DNA of 6,065 nucleotides from a virus (Duplodnaviria; Heunggongvirae; Uroviricota; Caudoviricetes): IMG/VR virus record IMGVR_UViG_2529292873_000014; one strand, 5' to 3'. Shown piece by piece: positions 6,047 to 6,065 of this stretch (position 1 is its first letter; each line of letters starts with the position of its first letter). The notes under the pieces were generated by a model. It saw only the letters and a program-made list of their open reading frames with translations, ran no database searches and was not told where the DNA came from. The position numbers and the translations under genes were made by a program.

Positions 6047-6065
6047 ATTACCTCCAGACGCGCTG

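Noticed and set aside
5830-6048. Minus-strand ORF 5830..6048 (72 aa)
   Set aside because: Alternative frame fully overlapping the N-terminal DUF968-like ORF, which has the more protein-like translation.
1-6065. CRISPR array, IS element or transposase, integrase or att site
   Set aside because: No regularly spaced direct repeats, no terminal inverted repeats flanking a transposase-like ORF, and no recombinase-like ORF in any frame.

Overview
The window reads as the Q-to-late-gene segment of a lambdoid prophage of the Escherichia/Shigella type, with every supported gene on the minus strand. In transcription order (high to low coordinates): a DUF968-like gene split across three reading frames (6046-5000), rusA (4987-4616), a Q antiterminator of the Q82/QuuD type (4626-4255), an AT-rich cargo block of about 2.3 kb (4254-1948), three phage tRNAs (Ile2-CAU, an atypical Arg-UCG, Arg-UCU; 1920-1671), about 490 bp without a convincing gene but with three terminator-like hairpins (1670-1183), and the first 394 codons of a NanS-p-like esterase (1182-1, running off the window). 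The cargo block holds a CPBP-family intramembrane metalloprotease with all three catalytic motifs inside its own promoter/terminator cassette, a small uncertain ORF, and a YdeO/GadX/AppY-like AraC regulator. It sits where Stx phages carry their toxin cargo and is the best candidate for an undescribed accessory system. No stx genes, CRISPR array, IS element or integrase are visible. All family assignments come from reading the translations and recalled motifs; no database search was run.
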